From Saccostrea cucullata (Eukaryota), in contig NW_026925488.1 in the NCBI RefSeq assembly GCF_032062105.1, positions 1-64,000 of the forward strand: 64,000 nt of DNA. The letters are read 5' to 3'. Position 1 is the first letter of the stretch. The number at the start of each line of letters is the position of its first letter. Shown here in pieces: positions 49,991-63,177 of this stretch. The notes under the pieces are model-generated. The model did not search any database. It was given only the letters and a program-made list of their open reading frames with translations, and was not told the DNA's origin. Both the position numbers and the translations under genes were made by a program.

Positions 49991-52967
49991 TTCTTGTAAC
50001 AAGGAATTTTAATACTGTTTAGATTTGACGATACTTGTTTGCATTAAATAATTGTGATGCTTTAAAAGGTAGGAAAAATATTGAGAAAATATTGCTGAGG
50101 TATTTAATTCGAATTAGGATATATTTACAACGTATAATCAACTAACAATAGTTACTTCCTTTCTTGTAACAAGGAATCTTAATACTGTTTAGATTTGACG
50201 ATACTTGTTTGCGTTAAATAATTGTGATACTTTAAAAGGTAGAAAAAATATTGAGAAAATATTGCTGAGGTATTTAATTCGAATTAGGATATATTTACAA
50301 CGTATAATCAACTAACAATAGTTACTTCCTTTCTTGTAACAAGGAATCTTAACACTGTTTAGATTTGACGATACTTGTTTGCGTTAAATAATTGTGATAC
50401 TTTAAAAGGTAGAAAAAATATTGAGAAAATATTGCTGAGGTATTTAATTCGAATTAGGATATATTTACAACGTATAATCAACTAACAATAGTTACTTCCT
50501 TTCTTGTAACACGGAATCTTAATACTGTTTAGATTTGACGATACTTGTTTGCATTAAATAATTGTGATACTTTCAAAGGTAGCAAAAATATTGAGAAAAT
50601 ATTGCTGAGGTATTTAATTCGAATTAGGATATATTTACAACGTATAATCAACTAACAATAGTTACTTCCTTTCTTGTAACAAGGAATTTTAATACTGTTT
50701 AGATTTGACGATACTTGTTTGCGTTAAATAATTGTGATACTTTAAAAGGTAGAAAAAATATATAGAAAATATTGCTGAGGTATTTAATTCGAATTAGGAT
50801 ATATTTACAACGTATAATCAACTAACAATAGTTACTTCCTTTCTTGTAACAAGGAATCTTAATACTGTTTAGATTTGACGATACTTGTTTGCGTTAAATA
50901 ATTGTGATACTTTAAAAGGTAGAAAAAATATTGAGAAAATATTGCTGAGGTATTTAACTCGAATTAGGATATATTTACAACGTATAATCAACTAACAATA
51001 GTTACTTCCTTTCTTGTAACAAGGAATCTTAACACTGTTTAATCAATTTGACGATACTTGTTTGCGTTAAATAATTGTGATACTTTAAAAGGTAGAAAAA
51101 ATATTGAGAAAATATTGCTGAGGTATTTAATTCGAATTAGGATATATTTACAACGTATAATCAACTAACAATAGTTACTTCCTTTCTTGTAACAAGGAAT
51201 CTTAATACTGTTTAGATTTGACGATACTTGTTTGCGTTAAATAATTATTATACTTTAAAAGGTAGGAAAAATATATAGAAAATATTGCTGAGGTATTTAA
51301 TTCGAATTAGGATATATTTACAACGTATAATCAATTAACAATAGTTACTTCCTTTCTTGTAACAAGGAATCTTAATACTGTTTAGATTTGACGATACTTG
51401 TTTGCGTTAAATAATTGTGATACTTTAAAAGGTAGAAAAAATATTGAGAAAATATTGCTGAGGTATTTAATTCGAATTAGGATATATTTACAACGTATAA
51501 TCAACTAACAATAGTTACTTCATTTCTTGTAATATTTGAAGGAATAATGATTTAAACTGTTTAGATTTTACGATACTTGTTTGCGTTAAATAATTGTTAC
51601 TTTAAAAGGTAGAAAAAATATTGAGAAAATATTGCAAGGTATTTAATTCGAATTAGGATATATTTACAATCAAATGTATAATCAACTAACAATAGTTACT
51701 TCCTTTCTTGTAACACGGATATTATTTAATACTGTTTAGATTTGACGATACTTGTTTGCATTAAATAATTGTGATACTTTCAAAGGTAGCAAAAATATTG
51801 AGAAAATATTGCTGAGGTATTTAATTCGAATTAGGATATATTTACAACGTATAATCAACTTACAATAGTTACTTCCTTTCTTGTAACAAGGAATCTTAAT
51901 ACTGTTTAGATTTGACGATACTTGTTTGCGTTAAATAATTGTGATACTTTAAAAGGTAGAAAAAATATTGAGAAAATATTGCTGATATTTAATTCGAATT
52001 ATTTTAAAGATATATTTAACGTATAATCAACTAACAATAGTTATTTTTCTTGTAAAAAGATGATATATTAATACTGTTTAGATTTGACGATACTTGTTTG
52101 CGTTAAATAATTGTGATACTTTAAAAGGTAGAAAAAATATTGAGAAAATATTGCTGAGGTATTTAATTCGAATTAGGATATATATACAATTGTATAATCA
52201 ACTAACAATAGTTACTTTCCTTTCTTGTAACAAGGAATCTTTACTGTTTAGATTTGACGATACTTGTTTGCGTTAAATAATTGTGATACTTTAAAAGGTA
52301 GAAAAAAAGCTACAAAATATTGACCATCTGCCTAGACTTTCCCCGTTAACCGAATACATTGGGGTTAATAAACACATTTTCCTCTATATATTGCTGAGGT
52401 ATTTAATTCGAATTAGGATATATTTACAACGTATAATCAACTAACAATAGTTACTTCCTTTCTTGTAACACGGAATCTTAATACTGTTTAGATTTGACGA
52501 TACTTATTTGCATTAAATAATTGTGATACTTTCAAAGGTAGCAAAAATATTGAGAAAATATTGCTGAGGTATTTAATTCGAATTAGGATATATTTACAAC
52601 GTATAATCAACTAACAATAGTTACTTCCTTTCTTGTAACAAGGAATCTTAATACTGTTTAGATTTGACGATACTTGTTTGCATTAAATAATTGTGATACT
52701 TTAAAAGGTAGAAAAAATATTGAGAAAATATTGCTGAGGTATTTAATTCGAATTAGGATATATTTACAACGTATAATCAACTAACAATAGTTACTTCCTT
52801 TCTTGTAACAAGGAATCTTAATACTGTTTAGATTTGACGATACTTGTTTGCATTAAATAATTGTGATACTTTAAAAGGTAGGAAAAATATTGAGAAATAT
52901 TGCTGAGCTATTTAATTCGAATAAGGATATATTTACAACGTATAATCAACTAACAATAGTTACTTCC
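49991..52967. repeat. 170-bp tandem satellite, ~17 copies
   Basis: Unit TTCTTGTAACAAGGAATC...ATAGTTACTTCCT starts at 49991, 50161, 50331, 50501, 50671, 50841 and onward. One unit carries a ~70-80-bp foreign segment at ~52309-52388. Confidence 0.97.
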
Positions 52968-53074
52968 ATTCATATGTTGACACTATATAACCGAAAGATC
53001 TTAAAATGCACAATACATGTACCACAGGGTCTGAAAATCTGTCGCATGTTTGAATATTCTATTAGAAAACAAAA

Positions 53075-53520
53075 CACGTTAATGGTAACCTAACAACAAA
53101 ACCTTATGATAAACATGATGAATTAACTTTTTAATTGTCTACGTATGCAACATCAAATCCTTATCATCTTCAAATTGGTTATAAATCTCTCAGTCAATTC
53201 GATACGCAAGAGAATGTTCTCTGAACGAATAATTTTAAAAACCGGCTCTTGGCAAACAAGTTGATAAAAACAAGCATCGTTTTAAATAATTATTTCGCAA
53301 GGTATTTGTTGGTACAATGACCTTTTCAGCAAAAACACCATTGAATCAAATGCTGAGTTGCGTTTTTCAAACTAAGTGTTGGGCCATTATTAACACTTAG
53401 AATTGTCTACTGTACTTTCCCTCTTTGTCAATCATGCAACAAATATACAGTGGGTCTGACAGTCGACAGGGATGCTCACTCCTTTATGGCACATGGTCCC
53501 ACCTCCGATGTTTTTGGAGA
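53075..53520 (+). mobile_element. Degraded Penelope-like 3' fragment
   Basis: TTAATGGTAACCTAACAACAA..TATGATAAACATGATG..TCTCAGTCAATTCGATACGCAAGAG..TGACAGTCGACAGGGATGCTCACTCC..CCCACCTCCGATG. Confidence 0.85.
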
Positions 53521-54028
53521 ACCGTAGTTGCTCCGCTCCGGATTAAAATTGTTTCGACTAATTCCTCATTTGTTTTATCCCAAATGAATGAATGTGCTAA
53601 ATATTGTTTTTAAATGAAAAATGATTTTATTACAGTTATGAATATCAGCAAGGTCAGGTCATTGGATGAAAGAAATGATGATGTCTACGCAGGGATTTGC
53701 AGAACACTGTATATACTGTATTCTTTTATTCAGCTAATTAAAACATATACTTTTCTTCAACATATGTATTTATTTTTCAAAATTAATCAATATCATTTAT
53801 GGTTTATACTACAACAAAGTATGAATCATTATAATCATCTTATTTCTAAACCAATTGTCTTACGAAAGTCAGTGCAAATATTGAATCTGATACATAGAAT
53901 ATATTATATTAATAACTCCTGCAAATTAGATGAGAACTTATCACAATTTAATCTTTTTTTCTTAAATAGGTAGTTTATATACAGCAGGTATACCATAAAA
54001 TGTCCTATAATTTCTATGATTTTATATA

Positions 54029-54203
54029 CAGCAAAACTCGTTTAGTACGAACACGGATATTACGAATTTACGGATATAGCGAAGTCAATTTGGATCCCCA
54101 GCTAAATAAATTTAATTAATTTCTTATACGGATATTACGAATTACAGATATAGCGAAGTTATTTCATAGGTCCCAGTGACTTCGTTATAACCAAGCTTTA
54201 CTG
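54029..54203. mobile_element. pogo/Tigger-like MITE with TA TSD
   Basis: TA|CAGCAAAACTCG ... CCAAGCTTTACTG|TA; internal ACGGATATTACGAATT / GATATAGCGAAGT repeats. Confidence 0.75.
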
Positions 54204-56021
54204 TACATGTATAATCTGAACAAGTTATGTGTCATTATTTAGTCCATTTGCTGATGTAACTTGTCCAGATTTCTGGACCTCTTATGGGACAATGGACCAG
54301 CTGTGCAAAAATGGTTACAAATTAATGCTGCATTCGACATCTCTCTTTATGTGGGAATTCGATCTGAATGAATATATTAAATAAATATAACAGCAAAAAG
54401 ATTCAAATTATTATAACCAAAGCTCATGAAAATAAAAACCACATTAAAGATCTGAAACCTGGCTGGAGATATGTGCTCAATATCAATCAAAGTTTAACAT
54501 AAAGATATATTTCAACTGATCCGCTTTAAAGAAGCTACAGAAAACGTTGTATTTGTGAAAGCAACTAAATAATACATTTTGTTAATAAAATGCTACCATG
54601 CATCTAATTTGCCCGCGTGGCGCAGTGTTTAAAGCGCTTACGCCAGTCGACAAAAAAGACTTAAAAAGTCAAACAGCAAAATTGTATTCATAAACATGAT
54701 GACGTCACCTTTTCTTTCCTGAATTTCTCATACTTATGTATCACGATGCTCTTTTATCTACGTTCGAGGTCTATGTCCGCCTCCCAGTTGCCTGATTGAA
54801 TACGCAATATCATGTTTATTTTGTAAATTCTTGAACGAGACACTATGAGAAAGAGCTTAAATGTGATTAATGTTTGCTGATTTACAGTACTTATGTCTAT
54901 GAAAATAAGAGTTATTTTGCTATGTTAACCTTTAAGCACGTGTGAGTGTGAAAAAAGTGGTAAAAATATTTCAAGCAAATATGACTTACAATACAAAGAC
55001 TTCGTAAAGTCATTTTCTAAATCATGCCGATATAGTGCTCTGAATAGGCATCATGAAGAGAAGATATAGCTAAGAAAGCATTGCCCATTGCTATGTAAAC
55101 TAACGTTGTTTTTTGAGATAAGAAATATTGGTTTCGCTGTATTCATTCTAATTGGGCATCCTGATTGATGTTTAGTTTATCAAAGATACTTGATTAGATA
55201 ATTATTTTCTCACTGCTATGTTGAATACTGATTACAGATTATAACCAACATTGTTCTCATTTGGAGAAGATGTTTAAGACGAATTCCACTTAGTATTGTG
55301 ATGGGTTTCGACAAAGATTTATCATAAGATACAAGAAATGTCAGTTTCCAAATTCATGAGAGATAAAAGACCTAACTAGACAATGTAAAGTTGTTAAATC
55401 AAAGCAACTGGGAAACATTGTTTATTTGCATATTGCTACATATATAAGGGGAATTGACAATCGAAAAACTGAAGATATTAAGATAATCAAAATTATGTTA
55501 TGCTACGATTTAAATAAACGTTCTTTTGTAGTAAAACATCCAAATCTGAGACAGATATGGTAGACTCTGTCGTATCTGTTATTTTGAGTTCATAGGAATT
55601 AAGAAATAGGCCACTTTTGATATGGCTTTTACAAAAATTGTATAATAATTTCTATTCTTCCTTAAAAAATGGCAAGTCCTGACATGTAGTCACCATACAA
55701 GCTGTTTTACATTTGTATTGTGACCATTTTTTTGTTTGTCCCCTTTTTACTTCTTCAATTAAAACAGAAAAATTAATATGAAACTTTGAAAACATTAGCC
55801 AATATTTATAAAATAGTAGAACTTAATTTAATCTAAAACCTTTTAAGTTGGGAGATACCATAATTTGCCCCAAGAAACTTGATTTATTGGCAAAACACAT
55901 TTCTTTGACATCTTTCTGGGACGCAATGGCGAGGATTTCAGATCTAGTAAATTTATATGTAACCTTGTTGTGTTTAAACGGTGATAGTGCAAGTATAGAA
56001 AGATAACAACGATAAAAAGAA

Positions 56022-57309
56022 ATGGATATAAAGGACTTTATTGCGATTTTTATTTTTCTTCCTGCCTTTCTTGAAGCACAACAAGGTAACTGAAACTTTT
56101 AGATGGATACATTGATTTTTTTTAACTTCAAAACGTTCCTCTACCAAATAAATGTTTAAAATTAAAGTAAATGAAAATTTTATCTACTAAATATAATCAT
56201 ATCAATGTCTGTCATTATGTAGGTGTGAAGTTCAACGTATTATGCAGTTACACACATTTAGTAACTTAATAGCTACACGTTATAATATTCAGGCACTCGT
56301 TGCGCCAATGGCTGGATACAACACCATGACAAATGCTATTTCTTCAGTAAAGTAAAGGAACCATGGTTTGCGGCATCTGTAAGTACTTTTGACTGAAACG
56401 CTGTATTATTTATATTTGGAGAAATAATAATTCATTTACAATAAGTCAAAAAATACAATTGTCAGACAGGCTTTGGGCTAAGCTAAGAGAAAATGGATTT
56501 CAGAATTTGTATATCATGTTCTATTCATCATTGTATAAAACATGTTTTTCAGGCCCTTTGCGTTGCTTATGGTGCCCGCTTAGCTGAGCCAGTGACACAG
56601 GAAGAGGTGACATTTCTATCCAGAGAAACAATTCAAATTGGTAGGTAGATTCAAACAGTGGTTCATATTGAACAATACCTGCCCGTATTGTGATTCGGAT
56701 GTAGAGTTACACATTAATATTTACATTTCCAATGTCTTTGTCCGGGATAAAATTACAAGTACCGGTAGTAAAAATACTTTAATTCTACATAAATATACTG
56801 TTTCATTAATAGGCGCAATTAAAAAATTCACGTGCGGGGCGACAAAAATAGAGACAGGAGCGTTGATTGTCGTCTAATAGATTTTAAAGACAAGATATTT
56901 CAACAGTCCCCGCCTATTAGATTGATATGCATATTAGACTTCCCACCTTTCACTTAGCGATATTAACATTCAAGTGTAATTATCAAGAAATTAACTCACC
57001 TAACTTTCAAAGGTTTATCACATGAAAAACAATTAGAAATGCTAATATTATCACTGAAACATAGGAAATGGCGGAGATTACTATTTAGGCGTGACAGATG
57101 CTTTCTTGGAAGGCGAGTGGGTCTACTCCTCCAGGAAGTCCCCTGTGTTAGTACACATGCCCTGGGTAGGAGGGGGACCAGACAACTACCATGAAGAGGA
57201 CTGTGCTGCTATTGATTCAAGCACTACTCATCACGGACAGTGGACCGATGTTCCTTGTGATTTACCGCTTTACTTCATCTGTGAATATAGTTTAGAGTAC
57301 GACTTCTAA
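56022..57309 (+). CDS. Secreted C-type lectin (perlucin-like), copy 5
   Basis: Exons 56022-56085, 56293-56378, 56553-56640 and 57065-57309. WVGGGPDNYHEEDC..WTDVPC..YFICE. Confidence 0.93.
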
Positions 57310-58729
57310 TTTTTTTCAGATATTTAAACGATAAAAATTGCATTGCAGTAAAATCTGAGGATAAAAACATGATAAGGGAACATTATTTTCATATTCTTAG
57401 ATAACATTCAAATAATAATATCAGTATATAAATACAATAGTTGTCATGCATACTAATTGTGAGGTATTTAATTCTTAATGAATGTATATGCATCCTTGCT
57501 ATGCCAAGTGCCCTGAGTCAAGATGTTGTCATGGGATCCCTTGCTAATTTCGTTCAATAGTTTATGGGCTGTCTGTAGCGACGCCTTTATTTCGGAAAAA
57601 ATAACGCATCCTGATGTTTTTTTGTATCTCAACCAATCAAATTCTGCTATTTTATATGATGAATTGACATATAAACTGAATCCTTTTCGCTTACATTATC
57701 TACCTACATGTATGTATTAAGCTTTAATGTGATTGATGCTTCTCAATGAGAGAGGCAAGCCCTAAAATATTGAATGAACTTGGACAGTGGTCTCACGGCA
57801 ATGAGTTGATTTAGGATTCCTAACATTGCAAGGAACATGTGAAAGGCAAGGACTTATAACATGTATTATTTTGATTTATATTCAGCACAGAGAATGACAA
57901 ACTCTTAATGATTACTCCATTAGTTAATTTAGACAATATTTCTTCGATAAAATATATTCTGGAAAAATTAACAATACATACATTAAATATCCCATATTGG
58001 TTGATTATTTATCAAATTTGCAAATTATTTTTAATTAGGGTTTATAAAGTCAAAACCGCGGTTTTCGTAGCAAGCAGAAAGAAATCTTTTATGCAGGTAG
58101 CTTTGAAAATAAAATGTATTGATTTTTTTCAGTATTGAACCGAACATCATTGGTTAGTCGAGTGCTGATTTGATGCTACAACGATAGATAAAACGGATTT
58201 AACTGGTATTTATTATAACGATGAATAAATTACCTGGAACAATCAGTTCTTTCTTGAATCAATTCAGCATGAGTGTAAAGGTTACAAAAGATCTTTCCCA
58301 TCATTCAAAATATCTTTATTATGCTACTGCAGAAATATTTTAATCCAAACGGCTATGACAATAAAAAATACTTTCCAATTTTGTATCAAAAAGGCTTTAC
58401 AATTCTGCATCATAACTTGTGGTTATCTTAAATTTTGTAATTAAGTTCACAGGTCATAAAACATCTTACAATTGACTAAAATTTGCATCTTGGTCAGTTT
58501 AAAAAAAACATTGTTAGAAATGATTGTGAACACTTAGGATGACTGTGTAATAATGGAAGTTATGTAAATGTAAAAGGAATTTGGAAAATTAATTCTCCTA
58601 ACCTCCTAAGAAATGTCATTCATTAGAATCAACTGCTCGAAACGTTAAGATAACAAATAGAAAACAAACTTTAAAAAATTTAAACACTACACATCGAAAG
58701 CAGATGTAGAGCAATTTCGGATTCTAAAT

Positions 58730-58830
58730 TACCAAAGGTTGGATCAGATGAGATGGAGGAATAAGAATCCCCGGCCGACCGGCCACACCAACCGTGTGCT
58801 ATTAATCATGATTAGGAAAATGGAAAAAAA
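58730..58830 (-). mobile_element. Isolated 3' end of the Penelope-like element
   Basis: GGTTGGATCAGATG..GGAGGA..ATCCCCGGCCGACCGGCCACAC..CCGTGTGCT is the reverse complement of ~9470-9550. Confidence 0.65.
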
Positions 58831-59738
58831 ACCTTTTGACAATTAAGTGTGTTAAAATAATGGCATAACAGCTACATGCAGTATGAAGCTTAAGACGTTA
58901 GTCATTTTCACTGAATAATACATTTTATTATATGATTGAATAATTTCCAACTCTCTGATTGGCTGAGATCCAACTATGTTAGAAAAATACTACGTTGTAT
59001 TGACCTGCACGTGACGTTCCAGGTCAATACAAGGATTTATTTCCTTACATTGATCTAAAAATAAATTGGGAAATTCCAAATTGATACAAATTGTGTTGGA
59101 AAGCTATTTATATGACTATGATTTTTTTCATGTCAACAAAACATAAGCGGATTTATATTTATGAGTGAGGGTGGCAAGAGGGGATGCAGGGTCCCCCCAC
59201 CAACACTTACTGAACAACTTTTTTTTTTTTAACTTTTTGGCAGTCACTTTTCCCTTATAATACTCCTTCCTTTCAAAATATATTCTATAAAAAAGACTGA
59301 CATTATATAATTTTCATGGCAAATAAAATTGATAAAAAAAGATCAAATTGATACGACTGGTAAGGTTTATTCACAGTTTAATTCTGCTTCTCTCTTGTAT
59401 TTGGCTAGGACTTAATAAAATGCAAACAAGTAATGAGCTGTATCATTTTATCAGTGAATTATATAATAAAACATTTATTGCTGCTTTTTCGGTCTTTTCC
59501 ATAGAATTTTCAAAATAATGACTTACAAACGGTGAAATAATGTGACACTTCCAACTAATATTCATATTTTTTTTATCATAGAGAGACATTGAAGAAAAAC
59601 TAGTCAAGACACTTATGATCTTTAAAAGCGTTTAATACATGTATGTAGCATATATTTTCTATTTTTGGTAGCAAAAAAGAACGATCAATGATTTTAAAGA
59701 ATATCAAACTGTTAAATATCAGATATTGAAATTGTTGT

Positions 59739-61085
59739 TTATGACGTCTCTGGTACGGAATCAAGTTTTGGTTTCCATGGAGATTCACTTTTAGAGCTCC
59801 TTGCTGAACTCAATATTGAACTAGAAAACATTCTGGAAGAAGTCGACTTCCTTCCGTCTACCCAGAAGGATTGTTGTCTGAAAAGATGCATTTAAAACTG
59901 ATCTGAATAGAAGGAGAGGAAGGAAGAGAATATACAGACTATAGTAAGAGAAGCCCACGATCTACCATTCCTTAAACTCCAAACATCGCCATTAAGAGTT
60001 TTGGAAGATTGGGCTTTCTTGCACATTTGACAGGTAATATACGTGTACAAATAATGACAACAGTTTTTACAGCCACCGTACCAAAATCCGTCTTCTTTGT
60101 GTTCATCACCGTCTACCCAGAAGGATTGTTGTCTGAAAAGATGCATTTAAAACTGATCTGAATAGAAGGGGAGGAAGGAAGAGAATATACAGACTATAGT
60201 AAGATCATATATATTTCGAAAAAGATTGATATTTTAATGAAGACAATTTAGTATTTTCTGTTTATTATATTCAATCTAACGGATCTATACAACTATTAAT
60301 TATACATAATTTTACAGAGGTTGTGATTGTTTTGAATGTAATTGATATATCTTTACTTGCAGCCTTTTACACAGTGACATCGCTTTATAATGTACCAAGT
60401 ACCTAGACTGGCAATGGAAAGGATCAACAACAAAAAGGGAATCAGCACAAGAACTGGCACTGAAACACATAAATTTTAACTTGTCTATTTTGTCAGTTTC
60501 ACATAATCTGTGGAAACAACTTTATTCTATTAAAATTTCCATGTAAACTAATAATTTGTAACTATTGTGAGAAGGAAACAGTACAAGTCGAGCATATTGA
60601 TGAACAAATCTGATTCTCTAAGCCATATTTCTCTTTGAAAAAAAATATTATGTTCTTTTTTCCCCCTTTTTTTCTAATTTTTTCTGTTTTCAATTTTCAA
60701 TTTTACAAAGACCTTCGTCACGGTAGCAACTTAGAAAAAAGAGTGCTTAATAACCACACCCCAGTCTTCTATAATACAAGCAAAATTTTATAATAATGAT
60801 TTCATTTATTGTGCAACTGTTTCAGTCATATATTCACGAACCTGAGATCTGAGAAGTAGACTCGGCTGTTGTTGTGATAATGGTGGTTGTTGTCACTTGT
60901 GTACATTTTGGGGTCGTTCCGTTCCAGGCCCCTGAAGCTCCATCACACCATCTGATCTGATTCCCGTCCAGTTCATACCCCATCTTACAGTAATAAGCCA
61001 CGTAATCCCCGCTCTGGTAGGTCACTTTTGCTATCACGTAAAATCCATTAGAAACCGATGTTGGAGAAGAGCAGGTAAGCGCCAT
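59739..61085 (-). CDS. Single sushi/CCP-domain type-I/III membrane protein with Thr-rich stalk and Cys-rich cytoplasmic tail; last exon disrupted by a 96-bp duplication
   Basis: Exon 61085-60842 (C..P..V.NG..Y.C..GY.L.G....C..G.W....PKC plus TTTTIITTT). Exon 60459-60357 (VPVLVLIPFLLLILSIASLGTWYIIKRCHCVKGC). Terminal exon from 60132 (or 59877) toward the stop at 59739. Phases 1 and 2 are consistent. Confidence 0.8.
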
Positions 61086-62004
61086 CTTTGTTTTTTAAAA
61101 ACTTAAAATTTAAATGTTGTTATATCTCATTGAGCCATTGTCGTATTATTTAATTATGAGTAGCTAACACATTTTGATGTTATCTCTTAGAGAATTAATT
61201 AAATGGTTGATTCGCACAAACAATGAATTCTGTGTATGTCAATCAATTTCATGACCCTGATCATGTAAGTGCTTCTTTTCAACTGTTTCATACTCGCTAC
61301 ATTGCGATTGTATTTACAACGCTTATATTTACAATGCCATCAATTAATGAAACTTGTTAAATTATTTAGGATATTAGTGCTGGAAAATCCCAACTTTATA
61401 AAAATACAGATTATGGAATTGGACCCTGTATTTTGGTAGAAACTATGAAGCTTCCTGTTCCATATCTTTCCACAACTCATTTTCAAAGGCATATTTAACA
61501 GTGTTTGTGTTTTTGCAGCAAAAATTTTTAAACAGAATCATTCAAATTGATGCAAAAGGCATAATGTACGGAAAATGTTGAATCAAGGTAGCAAAAGGGA
61601 TATTGTTCAAATCAATTCTGTCCATAGTGTGTTTATTCTTTGAGAACTGATTCTGATTGTTACAAATAAATGTAAGGCACACAGATACAAAAATACCACT
61701 CTCTACCATCGGTCATACAATCACCTCTATCGGTGGATAATAACATCAAGAAACTATAAGGAAACAAGTAAATAATGTTTTTGACAAGTATGAATTCATT
61801 ATGATAAGACAATTGCTGCAATATTGTACCTTAAAATATCTAAAGCTATTGATTTTTTAAAAAAAGGATATAATTAGTTTTTCTTTTCAAAAACCCAATC
61901 ATAAACCCAATACAGAGATATATAACATAGAAACAAATAAGCTAATAGATTAAATATTAGTTTTTGAATTTCTTTGATGGCAAATGTAAAATTTAAAAAA
62001 GAAA

Positions 62005-62236
62005 TACCGTATAAGCAGAATTTCTAGCAAGGATTTAATTTAGACAATATTTACGAGGGTGTTGAGATCCCTTAAATTGAATATCGCTATCAATTAATTG
62101 CATTTTATTTGTAATAGCTTCTTTATTGAGAATTCTTAAATATATAGAAAAAAAAAACATTTTGCTTAAAATAAAAAATCAATTTTTAAGGACAAATCGC
62201 TATATTTGCCTCACTGAAATTTCCACCTATACGGTA
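62005..62236. mobile_element. TA-flanked MITE, inverted sister of the copy in the LPMO intron
   Basis: TACCGTATAAGCAGAATTT ... AAATTTCCACCTATACGGTA. Confidence 0.8.
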
Positions 62237-62303
62237 TTTGTTGTTTAGGTTTATGAAGGATAATTAGACATTATTGCATGTTGAATATGGATCTATTTAC
62301 TTA

Positions 62304-62396
62304 AGAAATAAAGTCCGCGTTTTCGTGAATGTTGCAGGATAACCTCGACCTCGGAGGTTATCCTGCAACATTCACGACAACAAGGACTTTATTTCT
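62304..62396. repeat. Near-perfect 93-bp palindrome/hairpin
   Basis: AGAAATAAAGTCC..TCGTGAATGTTGCAGGATAACCTC - loop - GAGGTTATCCTGCAACATTCACGA..GGACTTTATTTCT. Confidence 0.9.
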
Positions 62397-63177
62397 ATTC
62401 TACAAAGCTTAAGATCATGAAGATCGCTAAATTACGGCTGATCGTTTCTTCTATAGAGAAACGAATTATATCACCATGTCTCGATTTGGCTGTTCCATTC
62501 AACACCAAAGGGAAAATTTGTTTGCTTACCTGTGTATGGAATGCAGACAATTTGAGCTTTTGTTGCAATAATAATAGCCTTTTTAGATTTCAAATTTATT
62601 CATTATATGTATTGATTAATTTTAATGAAGATACAATAACAAAATCATGTTCCCGTTTTTACTAAAATCACGTTATTTAAATGTGTAGGGAGGTCCGTGG
62701 AATAGCCCGCTTGGCTATAAAAACCGACATTCATCAGCAACTTGATGCAATGTACAGTGTTCAGACTGCAAAAGACGGCACATCGATGTGGTCTAAACAA
62801 GTATTTCGTTTTAGAGTCAAATATTAATTTCAACTGTACAGGTTTTATAAGTGTTCCTAATCTGATAATTTTTTGATGACGTTCGTGATTTATTGGAGAA
62901 TAATGTCCGCGGCTTTTCTTTGAAGTCGGCAATAACCGTGGTAGAATTATCTGTATTAGTTATCCTTATGTTGGTAAATAGCCAATTTTTGAATAATGTT
63001 AACAATCCTGTTTCAGCACAAAATCAGTTTATAACAATAATTGACGAAATGATTATTCATAACCCATCCCTGAAAGGAGGAAACGTAACCGTTAGTTCCT
63101 TAATTACCAGTACATGTATGCTTTCGAACTGACATCATTATCGTGCAGTTTCGAGTCATCAGGACTGGAATTTTTAT

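Noticed and set aside
49991-52967. Regular repeat array as a CRISPR locus
   Set aside because: Units are contiguous 170-bp copies with no unique spacers, there are no cas genes, and the context is eukaryotic.
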